64,000 nucleotides of DNA, from the NCBI GenBank assembly GCA_013265495.1, contig MU057999.1:186001-250000 (forward strand), given 5' to 3'. Positions within the stretch are counted from its first letter, which is position 1. Each line of letters begins with the position of its first letter. The position numbers and the translations under genes are program-made. The notes beneath the pieces were generated by a model that searched no databases, was not told the DNA's origin, and was given only the letters and a program-made list of their open reading frames with translations. Positions 25,101 to 36,789 of this stretch are shown here, in pieces. The DNA comes from Vicugna vicugna (lineage: Eukaryota).

Positions 25101-27142
25101 GAAAATCACATGCAAGCTAGCAGAGTTTCTGAGTTATACTGACATCATTGTTTACCAATCATGTATGAGCTAATCCTCATTAAAGAAACATATTGTAGTG
25201 GAACAGAATGTATTTGATAACAATGGGGAAAGATTACACGAAGTTTAAGTGTTCTAAGGTCATTTCATTGTCCAGGGGGTAAGTAAAGGTATTGATTAAC
25301 ATTAATCTTTCGTAAATAAAAGAGGAATGTTGTAATTTTCTGGGTAAATACTAAAAGAATAAAAACAGAATATATCCTTGGTACACTTAGAAGCTAGTTG
25401 AGGGGAAATGAAATTATTAGAAGATATACCTACTCAAAAATAATAAAAGAAAGTAGAGAGAAGGATGAGGACCCAGGAGACAAACAATAAGCACATAGAT
25501 TTGAGTTAAATTGAAATATATTAAAAATTGTCAAAGTACATAAACTCAAAACAAAACACAAGAGATGTTATTTACAAATTACATATAATAAAGAAACAGT
25601 AAAGTTTAAAGTATAAAGAAGGAAGGAAACATATCATGTAAATATTAACTAAAAGAAAGCTGGCTTAGCCAATTTTAACATATCTCTATCTGTAACTGAT
25701 AGAACAAGTACACTAAAATCAGCAATATTTCTGAGCCCATTTGAGCAGTAACAAACTTGACCTATGGACACATCTGTTGTACCTAACAACTTATAGATAC
25801 ACATTCGTTGCAAGCACATGTGGGACGTGTAGAAAAACCAATCATATAGTTATAAAATAAATTTGAAAGGAATGAAAACATATAGAGCAAGTGATCACTA
25901 ATTATTCTAGAAATTGACAACAAAAGATAACTAGAAAATGTTTGTATATTTTGATATTAATGAATACACTTCTAAATAACCAACCGGTTAAAGAATCATA
26001 ATGGAAATCAGAAACTACTTTGAACTGAATAGTCGTAAGAATGGTCAATAAAACTCATGTGGTCCAGCTGAAGCAGTATTTAGAAGAAAAGATAGTGACA
26101 GCAACACATATATAAGAAAAGAAAAAACACTGAAAATAAACATTTGAATGTATAGAAAGTGCAAAGCAAAGCCAAATAAATGCAAAGGAATAAAAGAATT
26201 TATGAAATAGAAAAAGAGAGACAACAGAGAGGACCAGCAAGGCTAGAAGTTTATTATTTTAAAAGTTTTTGAAAATTGAACTTCATGAGACACATCATTA
26301 AAAGAAAGCACATGTATCCAAAGTCATGAATAAAAAGGTAAAAGAACTACCAATGCTATAGACATTAAAATATGATAAAATAATACACAAATTTTAAATA
26401 CATTTGAAACTTTACATAGTATAGAGAAGTTCCTAGGGAAAATATAGGAAAATATCAACTGAAGGATGATAGAAACTAAACCATCACTGGCTTCCAAAGA
26501 AATTCAGTCATCAAATATCTTGCCACAAAGAAAACTCTAGATCCAAATCACTTCAACAGTGTCCACAACTATTCAAGAAATAAATCGTTGCAATCATATG
26601 TGAACTCTTCCAGAGAATAGAAAAGAAGGAATACACCCAATCCATTTTTCCTTTTGGAGACTGGCATCAAAACCCTGATGACATAGTCTGACAAAGAAAG
26701 TATAAGAACAGAAAATTAGAAACTACTATCACTCGTGAACACAGACTAAAAAATCCTTCTAAAAATGCTATTATATCAAATACAGCAAGATATAAAAATC
26801 ATAATACATCATCATCAAGTTACATTCATTCAAGGAATACAAGATTGGTGTATTATTAGAAAATCAATCAATCAATCAATTAATTTGTCACATAACAGAT
26901 TAAATTGTGTGAGGTCCATCAATACATTTTATATTGTATTGTAGTGATGGCTGCACAACAATATAAAACATTAGAATTAATAAGAGAGTTTAGTGAATTT
27001 GCTGGATACAAATTCACGATAGAAATCAATTACATTTCTTCAGCAAGGTTTCTGGATACAATCTCAATATACAAAAATCAATTGTATTTCTATACAGTTG
27101 CAATAAACAAACTGAAAATGAAATTAAGAAAACGATTCAATT

Positions 27143-27341
27143 CAAAATGTAGAATAGATAAGCAAGATTGCACTGTGTAGCACAGGGAAATATATACAGG
27201 ATCTTGTGGTGGCTCACAGTGAAAGAGAATGTGGCAATGAATGTATGTATGTTGATGTATAACTGAAAAATTGTGCTATACACTGGAATTTGACACAACA
27301 TTGTAAAATGACTATAACTCAATAAAAAAATTTTTTAAAGT
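27143..27341 (+). mobile_element. Young camelid L1 3' end, 5'-truncated, with TSD
   Basis: ...tgacacaacattgtaaaatgactataactcaataaaaaaa; TSD aaacgattcaatt (27130-27142) / aaacaattcaatt (27342-27354). Confidence 0.85.
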
Positions 27342-28059
27342 AAACAATTCAATTTACAATACCATCAGAAAGATTAAAATATTTAGGAATAAATTTAACA
27401 AAATAAGTGCAAGAATTGTACACAGAAAGCTACAAAAATTGTTGAAAGAAATTAAAGAAGCTTTCAATAAATGGAAAATCATCTCATGTTCATGGATTCG
27501 AAGAATTAATGTTGTTCAGATGGCAATATTTCCCAAACTGACCAACAAATTCAATGTAATCCTAATAAAAATGTAGCTTTTCTTTTTTCCAGAAATGACA
27601 GCTGATCCTAAAATTCATGTGGATATACAAGGGACCCAGGATCTCCAAAATAATCTTGAAAAAGAAAAACAAAGCTGGAGGACTCACTTTTGATTTCAAA
27701 ACTTAATACAAAGAATAATCAAGTGTGGTGTTGGCATAAAAATAGGCATATGGATCCATGGAATAGAATTGAGAGCCCAGAAATAACCCTAACATTTATA
27801 GTCTCTACGTATTTGCTTATTCTGGATATTTTATGTAAGTGAAATCATACAACATGTGGTCTTCTCTGACTTGCTTCTGTCACTTAGCACAATGTTTTCA
27901 AGGTTTATCCATGTTGTAGCATGTATCAGTATTGCATTCCTTTTCATAGCTGGATGATATTTTGTTGTATGTATATACACATTTTGTTTATCCACTGGAT
28001 GGACATCTGGGTTATTTTCACCTTTGGATATTATGTAGAGGGTTTAGAAGTCATTGCCC

Positions 28060-29600
28060 TCAAAGTCAACAACTCGTGTTAGATCCACAGAGAACTGAAG
28101 TCACCGGACAAACTACTGCCCTGAAAACTAGAGAAACAGATAGATACAGAGAACCAGATCTTACCAGGAGAATCCCAGGAGCAGAAGCCTGCAGCTAGAG
28201 CCAGTACGGATAGAAACACAAACTATAATTGATGAACTGCTGGACGCTTGAGAGCTAAAAACTCTGGAAGGGGCAGTCTTTAAGATTCCCAATACTTTCA
28301 TGAGTTTTACTTCCAGGAGCCCACATAATGGGCTCTCATAATGATTGGAGAAGAGTCCCTTTGTGCTTCTGATGGGGAGGGAAAAAGTAACATTTAAGAG
28401 TACACTCAGAGCTCCCTCTTCTCCTTAACATGGCCTCCCCTCAAGAGAAACTACTTTACCACATTCTGACTGACTTGAGCTTTGCCTAAGCCTATCCAAC
28501 CCGAAGAAAGGGAAATACTCGACTCCGATCCCCTCTAGGCTTTCTGTCTCACTTAAGGGGTAAGGGAGCTGAGAAGCACTTGTGATGCCAAAGGACACAG
28601 GTGTACTTTGGAAATACTGATTTCCAATCATAGTGCCATAGAGTGAGTCCCCTCCCCCATACCTCACCACCACATCAACAGAACGCCTGTATTACAACAG
28701 GGGATTACAGTTAAAAGATTGCTCAGATCCTATTTAAGAAGACTCTCTAGGGAAACCCAATGACAACAAGGCAGGCAAAAACATGAACACTAGAAGAAGT
28801 TTTAGCTTCTGACACCACAGCTACAGCAAGCAGTAAACACAGACTTGTTCCTAGCCAGATAAACATAAAACCTCACACTAATGCCCTATTGGTTTTCTTT
28901 GACACAATATATCACGTCTAGCTTTCAACAAAAAATTCCAAGTCATGCTAAAGGCAAAAAGACAGTCTGAAGAGACAAGGATAGTATCAGAACCAGACTC
29001 CAATATGGAAGAGATTTTAGAATTATCAGACTGGGAATTTGAAATAACTGCGATTAATATGCTGGGGGCTTTAATGGAAAAAATGGACAACACATGGACA
29101 CAAATGGGCAGTGTAAGTAGAGAGATGGAAACTCTAGGACAGGATCAAAAAGAAATGCTAGAAATGAAAAACATTAAGAGAAATGAAAAATGCCTTTGAT
29201 GGGTTCATCAGTAGGTTGGACATGACTGAGGAAAGAATCAGTGAGCTGGAAAAGAAGCGAATAGAAACTTCCTAAACAGAAAGAAAGGAAGGAAGGAAGG
29301 AAGGAATGGAGGAAAGAAGGAAAGGAAGAAGGAAAGAAGGAAAGAAAAGAAAAGAAAAGAAAAGAAAGAAAGAAAGAAAGGGAGGGAGGGAGGAAGGAAA
29401 GGAGGGAGGGAGGAAGGAAAGAAGGAAAGAAAGAAAGAAGGAGAGAAGGAGAAAAAGAAAAAAAGAAAGAAAGGAAGGAGGAAGGAAGGAAGGAAAGAAA
29501 GAGAGAAAGAAAGAGAGAAAGAAAGAAAGAAAGATCCAAGAATTGTGGGACCATTACAGAGTGTAATATATGTGTCATGGGAATACAAAAAGAAGAGAGA
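28060..29600 (+). mobile_element. L1 (L1MC/MD-like) 5' region and ORF1 start
   Basis: ORF 28945-29199 (ILELSDWEFEITAINMLGALMEK...QKEMLEMKN) is the L1 ORF1 N-terminal/coiled-coil region. Confidence 0.75.
29278..29534. repeat. Compound (GGAA)n/(GAAA)n/(GGGA)n polypurine tract
   Basis: ~257 bp with a single pyrimidine (T at 29307). Confidence 0.95.
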
Positions 29601-29665
29601 AAGAAACAACAAGCTCATTTTAAAATATATACAGAAATATAAAAGGCTAAAGTCAAAATCTCTTA

Positions 29666-30315
29666 GAAAAATATAATTCAAAAAGACACATGCACCCCAA
29701 TGTTCACAGCAGCACTATATACAATAGCCAACACATGGAAACAACCCAAATGCCCATCAACAGATGACTGGATAAAGAAGATGTGGTATATACATGCAAT
29801 GGAATATTACTCATAAAAAAGAATGCAATAATGCCATCTGCAGCAGTGTGGACGGGCCTGGAGATCGCCATTCTAAGTGAAGTAAGCCAGAAAGAGAAAG
29901 AAAAATGCCATATGATATTGCTCATATGTGGAATCTAAAAAAAAAAAAAAAGACACAAATGAACTACTTATTTTTTATAACTTAGATGATTGATTTCTTG
30001 AATATGTGTAAGCACATTTGACTGTTCTTTATGTTTGAATCACCACATTCTGTTGATTCTTATTTCGTGGTTGGCTTTATTCCTTTGATAACTATGTAAG
30101 TTTAAAAAGCTAAAGCTCTAATCTGTTCTCAGACACAATGAACAGTACCTCAGACACAATGAACAGAGGAGTATAATCTAAAAAGAAGTTGAAAACATCT
30201 CAGAAGCATGGATAAACATACTGTGATGTAGTCATAAAGTAGAATACCACTGAGCAATGAAAAGGTGTAAACAATATAAATAAATCTCAAAAATATTATA
30301 AAGAGTGAAAAAAAA
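29666..30315 (+). mobile_element. TSD-flanked composite retro-insertion: young L1 ORF2 end + unrelated DNA + A-tail
   Basis: Flanked by taaagtcaaaatctctta (29648-29665) and taaagtcaagatctctta (30316-30333); see findings. Confidence 0.75.
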
Positions 30316-30333
30316 TAAAGTCAAGATCTCTTA

Positions 30334-31060
30334 AAGAAAAATGAGGTGGAAAAGCTTGCCCTATCAGATATTAAGACGCTACAAAGTAATTATAATATAG
30401 ATACTGTGAACACAGAGCCCAGAGACACACATCAGGAGGCCAGTTTCAAGACAATGGTAGCACCACAGAACAATGGAGAAAGAGTGGCCTTGTGACAAAC
30501 TATTCTAGAACTATACAACACCCACATGAAACACAAACGAAACTTAACTCCTGTATCAAACCACACACAAAAGTCAATTCCAGGTGGACTATGGACCTAA
30601 ATGTAAAATGCAAAACAGTGAAGGTTTTAGAAGATCATGTAGAGAGATATCTTCTAAATGTAGGATGTTTTATTTTAGAATATGGCACAAAAACCACGAC
30701 CACAAAGGCAAAGACTGATAAATCTGACTACATTAGGGAAAAGAATTTGGTTATGAAAAGTCATCAAGGCAGTGAAGAGGCAAGCACAGAGCAGGAGAGT
30801 GTTTGTACTATATGTAACTGACAAAGAGCTATATATCTGATATGTAAAGGGTTCCTATGGTTCATAAAAAAGACAAATAATAGAAAAATGAGCGGAAGAG
30901 TTGAGTAAGTATTTAAAAGAGTTGAGTAAGTATTTAAAAATGACCAATAAAGAGACAGGAAACTGTTCACCCTCATTAGTGATCACCGCAATGAGACACC
31001 ACTATACCCCCACCTGACTGGTCGAAATGTGAAAATCTCACAAGACCAGTGAGATGAAAA
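30334..31060 (+). mobile_element. Old L1ME-like ORF2 fragment
   Basis: ORF 30492-30821 (PHTKVNSRWTMDLNVKCKTVKVLED) is degenerate L1 ORF2. Confidence 0.75.
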
Positions 31061-31857
31061 GAACGTGTAGCAGTACATGAAAAGATCAAGTTGCAGAAGA
31101 GAAGATGTACTGAACAGTGATAACCTACAACGGGAAATGTCAAGTCCATGCCAGTGTCACTCACTGGCTTGCAGCACATCTACCCAACTGCAGAGCCACG
31201 TTACCCCATGTGAATGCAAATTCAAATGTAAACAGCGCTTCAAGGGACTGGCCCAGTTCCTGGAAACATCTGAAGGCTAAGGTGGAGGGCCTGAAATTCC
31301 CTCCCTGAATTCCTCCCAGGGCCCTCGATTCAGCTCCATCAGGAGAGTGGATGTTCCCCTGACATGGGCACCAGAGAAGGTTTCTTCAGTCTTCACCCCA
31401 GGCACTGAATGGGCCCTTCCCAGGGGGAGGCAAGTTGGACAAGGTAGTCTTTTATTAACTGATTAAAACCAATTTATTCTCTGGGCAAGACGCCTCCTCA
31501 AAATGTGGGATAACTTAATGATTGTTACTAATTGAAATATAGTAAGATAAGGGTTGGCTATGTTCCTCCAGATATGCTGAGGCAATTCGTAAAGAAGCCA
31601 GTGGAAGCAGTTGGTTTGCATTTTAATCCAATCAAAAAAGCAAATTGGCATGTATTTGGAACATTTTTCCTAAAGGTGGGGGTGCATAAACACTCTGATG
31701 GAGTTTTCCTACTTTGGGAGGCAAGGATCAAATGTGGACTTCTTGGCAGGGACCTAGGCCAATAGGAGGCAGAGAATTCTAGAATTGCCAAGAGAGCAGA
31801 GAAAAGCCAACTGAGGCACTGGTCAGAAAGGACTTCCCACAGTGAGCCCTCAACAAA

Positions 31858-32110
31858 TGGTAGTGATGATGGTGATGGTGGTGAGGCGGGTGGCGTTATG
31901 ACGGTATGAATGGCCCTTAGGATGGCAGGGTGATGGGGGTGGATGGTTCGTGGTGGTAGAACTGATAATGGTGATGGTTAACAGTGATAATGGAGGTGCC
32001 GACTTGATGATGATAAAGAAGGTGGGAGAAGAGCAGGTTACGGGAGCAGAGGCTGGTGAGGATGAGTGGCTGGTGATGATGGTGATGGTAGTAGCACTGA
32101 CAGTGATGGA
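31858..32110. repeat. Degenerate (GAT/GGT)n low-complexity region
   Basis: Runs of gatggtgatggtggtg. Confidence 0.7.
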
Positions 32111-32662
32111 GAAGTCTTTGATCCCTCATGGAAAGAATGTAGTTGGGCCCGTCGAGGCCACAACAGCTGGGACAAAGAATCCCAGTTAGATCTATACCAC
32201 CCTGCAAGAGCCAGGGAGCCAGGCACAGGATGGGAAGTTTTATTCCAGGTAAAGGGACAAGTTCTACACTGCAAAGTTACTTATTCTGATAGGGTCTTGG
32301 AAGAACATGAAAGTGACTAGGCGCAGTGTTCTGAGGATTGCTATGAAAACCCTCTGGCCAAGAGTGGATGAGCAAGACAGGTCTTCCAACACCTGCCCTC
32401 TCTCCTCCTTCATCCAGTCAAACCCACATCCTGAAGATGCTTCCTCCTCATGCCTTCCCTCGGACGCTGTCTCACTTCAGGCCCCATCACTGCTCACATC
32501 GGCACCTGTATCCTAGGGCATCCTCCTGCTTCCTGGTCCACAGCCTTCCAGTCTGCAGTTTTCCACAGCCGGAAACACAACTCTTTTGGCCTGGAAGCTC
32601 GCAGAAAGATCTGGAGAAGGAAAGAGACTCCTCGAGCAGGGGCCATAACGCACTTGCCTGGG

Positions 32663-33262
32663 TGAAGGAGGATTAACCAAACGGCCGCATTTAGGCTAAC
32701 AGATTGCTTATTCTTATGCTTGCCCTTAAAACGGTCAGCTGATCTGACTGACCCACTGCTACTCCCAGCTCTAGGCCTGTTGTTAAAATAAAGCTGTTAA
32801 TTTTTACTGTTTCTGCTTTATTCCAGTAATCAAAAGCAATAATTATGCGTCATTTCTGAGTTTTTCTCCAGGCATAAGGTCATGGAAATGCAACCTTACA
32901 AAATAGGCTAAATACCAAGAAGACCACACCTTGGGTGCTTACAAGATAAAGAGATCAAAACAGTGACAACTGCTGGCCTCTACAGAGTTAGTCTCCCGGA
33001 GACATCACGACGCCACTCTAAGTCTTCTGACAAGAAAATGATCCTGTTAATTGTTATCAATGATATTTTTGTCTGAGCTATGGCTACGTAATTACCCTGC
33101 CCCATCCCCAAGGTGGGCTCACAGTTTTGAAGGCACCAGCCTGCCGTGAGCCCCCTTTGCCCAGCAAAGTAATAAAGCTGTCTCTTTTCTTCTAAGCTCC
33201 AAGACCCTGCCTCTGAGTTTCAATTTGGCTCATCAGGGACAGGGGCTGATCTTTTGGCAACA
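32663..33262 (+). mobile_element. ERV1-class solo LTR, 600 bp, intact ends
   Basis: TGAAGGAGG...TTTGGCAACA flanked by a perfect 4-bp TSD TGGG (32659-32662 / 33263-33266); AATAAA at 33171-33176 in the R region. Confidence 0.88.
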
Positions 33263-33927
33263 TGGGGAAGAAACAAGAACACTTGGTGTCTCTTCTCTCT
33301 GCCCCCCATAAGTCACAGATCTCCCAGGTCTGGGAGAGTCTGGGCAGAAGCCTGCAGAGTCTAGGCTGTGCCTGGGCCCTGCCCTACAAAGCCCTCAGCC
33401 CTCTGTACAAGCATGCCTTCATGCTAACTGAAACCAGCCTCCTCGCACGGCTCCCACGAACCTAGCTGGGCCACACAGGGCCAGCAGCAGAGGTTCACTC
33501 CCAGGGTTTGGTGGCTGGCAGATGTGATGCATTGTCATCACCAGGAACTGAGCTTGCCAGGTTGCTCGGCAGGCCCAGGACAGCGAGGCCCCAGAGGACC
33601 AGCTCTGGGGAGGGCTGGGGGTCTGGGGGAGGTGGGCACAGATGGAGATCGGCAGCCTCCCTTAAGGCCTAGCTATGCCTCCCCAGGAAGACTGACCACC
33701 AGACATTCGGGCACTGACGTGGGTCGGGTCGCTTCAGTTTTCCGTCCTCAGAGCATTGCATACTCTTCAGTGATATTTATTAACTGTTCTAATGAATTTA
33801 CCCCTTACTTTGAACAAGTGGGACTGCAGAGAGAATAAGCAGAAAGCTTTATTCCTGCCCCTAGTAAAATCTCCCACACGTCCCATGGCTTTCTGATCAC
33901 TTCTAAGTAATAAAAACTTTTAGTCTA

Positions 33928-34276
33928 TTACATGTGGAATCTAAAAAACTGAGACAAATGAACTTATTTACAGAACAGAAACAGACTCACAAACATAGAA
34001 AACAAACTTGTGGTTATCGGGGGGTAAGATGGGGTGGGTAGTGGAGGGATAAATTGGGAGTTTGGGATTTGCAGATACACACTACTATATATGAAACAGA
34101 TAAACAGCAAGGTCCTACTGTAGAGCACAGGCAACTATATTCAATACCTCATAATAGCCTATAATGAAAAAGAATATGAAAAGGAATATATTTATGTATA
34201 ACTGAATCACTAAGCTGTATACCAGAAATTAACACAACATTGTAAACCAACTAGACTTAAATTAAAAAAAAACTTT
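33928..34276 (+). mobile_element. Cetartiodactyl L1 3' end, 5'-truncated
   Basis: ggaatctaaaaaa...gaacttatttacagaacagaaacagactcac...aacacaacattgtaaaccaactag plus A-tail; TSD aaaacttttagtcta / aaagcttctagtcta. Confidence 0.85.
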
Positions 34277-36224
34277 AAAGCTTCTAGTCTAAAGAATCCT
34301 ATAATTAATATGATACAATAATAATATAATAATCCAGTATAATAATCAAATCCTCTCTCTACTGTCAGCTTCTTCCGCAGTGCCTGGCAAACAGTGGTGG
34401 GCTGGCAGTGCTTGTGGAATGGATTTTCTGAGCCCTGGTTTCCTGACCTGTAAAATAGAGGTATTTTACACTGCGCTGCTTGCCTCCTAGGGTTGAGATG
34501 TAAAGTAAGGGGACTCCAGTGCTCTCTCTGGCCAGGAAGACTACTCCCACATCCCCTTCTCCTGGCCAACTCTACTCTTCCTCAAAACTTAGCTTCTGGG
34601 AAGCCTTCCTGACACCCCATGCTGAACCTGGGGCCCCTCCCTCCCGCTCTCCACTCTTGGAGTTTGATCCTACTGTTTGTGCTTGTGTGTACTTACCACC
34701 CTCTGAGATCCACCACCACATTCTGCGGTGGTGTTTGTTGAATAAACAAAAAGGAAGGGAGGAGGGTAATAGTCCCTGATAAATGTTGATGAAAAGTTAA
34801 CAATGTGAGGTTGGTATTATTAGCAATAAATGAGAGAGGGGAGAGGTGAGGAATGAAAGCGGGAAGAGGGAAGAGGCAGGGAGGGAGGACCCGAGACAGA
34901 GCAGCTACCCAGACCCACAGGCTTCCATCTGGAGTGCAGAGGGCAAACGGGGTGGGGTCGGCTCTTCCTAGTCTCCTACCGAGCAACAGGAGGAAGGAGG
35001 AGGGGGCAGGGCTAGGAGACGGGTCAGCGTCTCTCTCTCCCTGCTCCTCACTCTCCCTCTTGTTCACTGTGTCCCAGTCCTTCTAGGAATGGCCTGTAGG
35101 CAGGCAGATGGGGATTTTTACTGTCTCCAAAGAAATTCTCCCAATTTCTTCCTTGCTCTTCACTCATATTCTTGAAATGGAACAGCCCTCCATCTCAGAC
35201 TTGGTGGAATCTGATCATGTATCACATTGGTGATTCACTCAAACTGAATAGGACAGGAAGCGTCCCATAAACATTGATTACACTAGTAAACACAACGGCA
35301 AAAGGAAATAAACATTATAGCACTAAGAACGGGAGAGGGGGCCACCAGCAGAGTTTGAAGACAATTGGATGGAACCATCTGATGGGCAGATCAGAACAGA
35401 GGAGGCAGCCACAGAGGTACATGCCTAGGAGGTGAGAACTGCTCATGGGGGCCTGGGAAGACTCTGTGGTCAGAAGGTACAGGCACAGAGGAGACAACAG
35501 GGAGGAGAAATCAGGGTGAGTCCTAGATCTACCTGGAAAGAGTTGTGTCTAAGAGCACATCCACCCTATACTTGCCTCTGTCTTGAGTAGGCAGAACAAG
35601 AAGCCAAGATGGTACCCACCCCAGGCCGCACCAGAGGGCGCTCTGTAAAAGAAACGAGACAGGATCTCTGGGGGATACTGGGGCTCCTGAGCCAATGTTG
35701 CCATCCCAAGAAAAGATGTCCCTATAGTTGGGGGGCCTGGGGGGGTGGTCCTGGCCATGGCCCCTAAATGGAATCCTGCCAGTCTGCATGCCCAAGGCTC
35801 CCACTGGGAGAAGAGCTCTGTTGAAGAAATAGATACACATGATGGTAGAGAAGACCAATACGAAGCACCTATATTAAAACACAAACCTCTCATCCATAGA
35901 TGTAAATGGATAGCTAAGGGTCTCCAGGTCGTTGAGTAACACCAACAGCCCACAAAGAAGAACCAAAATATGCAAACAAACAGAACTATGAATCCAGGAG
36001 AAACAGAGATAGTGTGGGAAATGGTAAATTACTTAAAAAAAAAATCTACTTAGTGTCCTCAGTGAGATCCTAGGAGGTTTTTCTTCCATAGACAGAGGGG
36101 AAAAAAGTCATTGAAAAAAAGAAAATAGAAAACAATAACATGTTCTTGAAAATTAGAAATGTAATTGTCAAACTGAAAAAAATGCCAAGAATTGAAAGAA
36201 ATACCCGAGAACAAAAGTTCTGAA

Positions 36225-36393
36225 AACGTGATACCCCACCAGCAACAACAACATCGCTGGGAAAGGTTTTAACATCAGATTTTCTGCGTTCCAGTCTAGA
36301 CTTACTAAATTAGAAACTGGGGGTGGAGCCCAGCAATCTGTTTTTGGAAGCCCTCCAGGAGATCAGGAGGCACCTCAAGTTTGAGGACCACTG
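36225..36393. mobile_element. MER5A-like hAT MITE
   Basis: gaaactgggggtggagcccagcaatctgtttt...caagtttgaggaccactg. Confidence 0.75.
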
Positions 36394-36789
36394 AGACCTA
36401 AAACAGAGAACAAAAAGACAAAGAGGTGAGAAGTGAGAAAAAAAATTAAAAGACATAGAGAATCAATGGGGGAAAAGTTACAGAAAAGGGAGACAGAGAC
36501 TTAGGAGGAGCACACCATCAAATACATAACTACAGTGATTCAAATACAAGTACGTTTCAGAAAATGTCCTTGAACTGAAGGAAGATACAAATCTTTAGAC
36601 TTCAGAGCCTCCAGAGTTTTATCCCCTCAGAATTGCCTGGAGAATTAGAGTCAGTACATGCAAAGAATCTGTAACATCTCATAGCACAAAGCAACACTCA
36701 GTAATTGTTGCTATCCTCGCTGCTTGGGTGCTTGGCACCCAAGACCCTCCAAGCCTTTCTCTACAGCTATTACAAAGAGTCTTGCTTGT

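Larger units (their letters stand above)
23640..28030 (+). mobile_element. Mosaic of old L1M ORF1/ORF2 fragments (mostly sense; short antisense piece at ~27810-28030)
   Basis: A-rich L1 motifs throughout (cagattcaagaagct, ctcttccagagaatagaaaag, ggaatagaattgagagcccagaaataaacc). Confidence 0.7.

Noticed and set aside
29174..29681. Phe/Leu/Ser-rich and Lys/Arg/Glu-rich ORFs
   Set aside because: Translations of the purine microsatellite.
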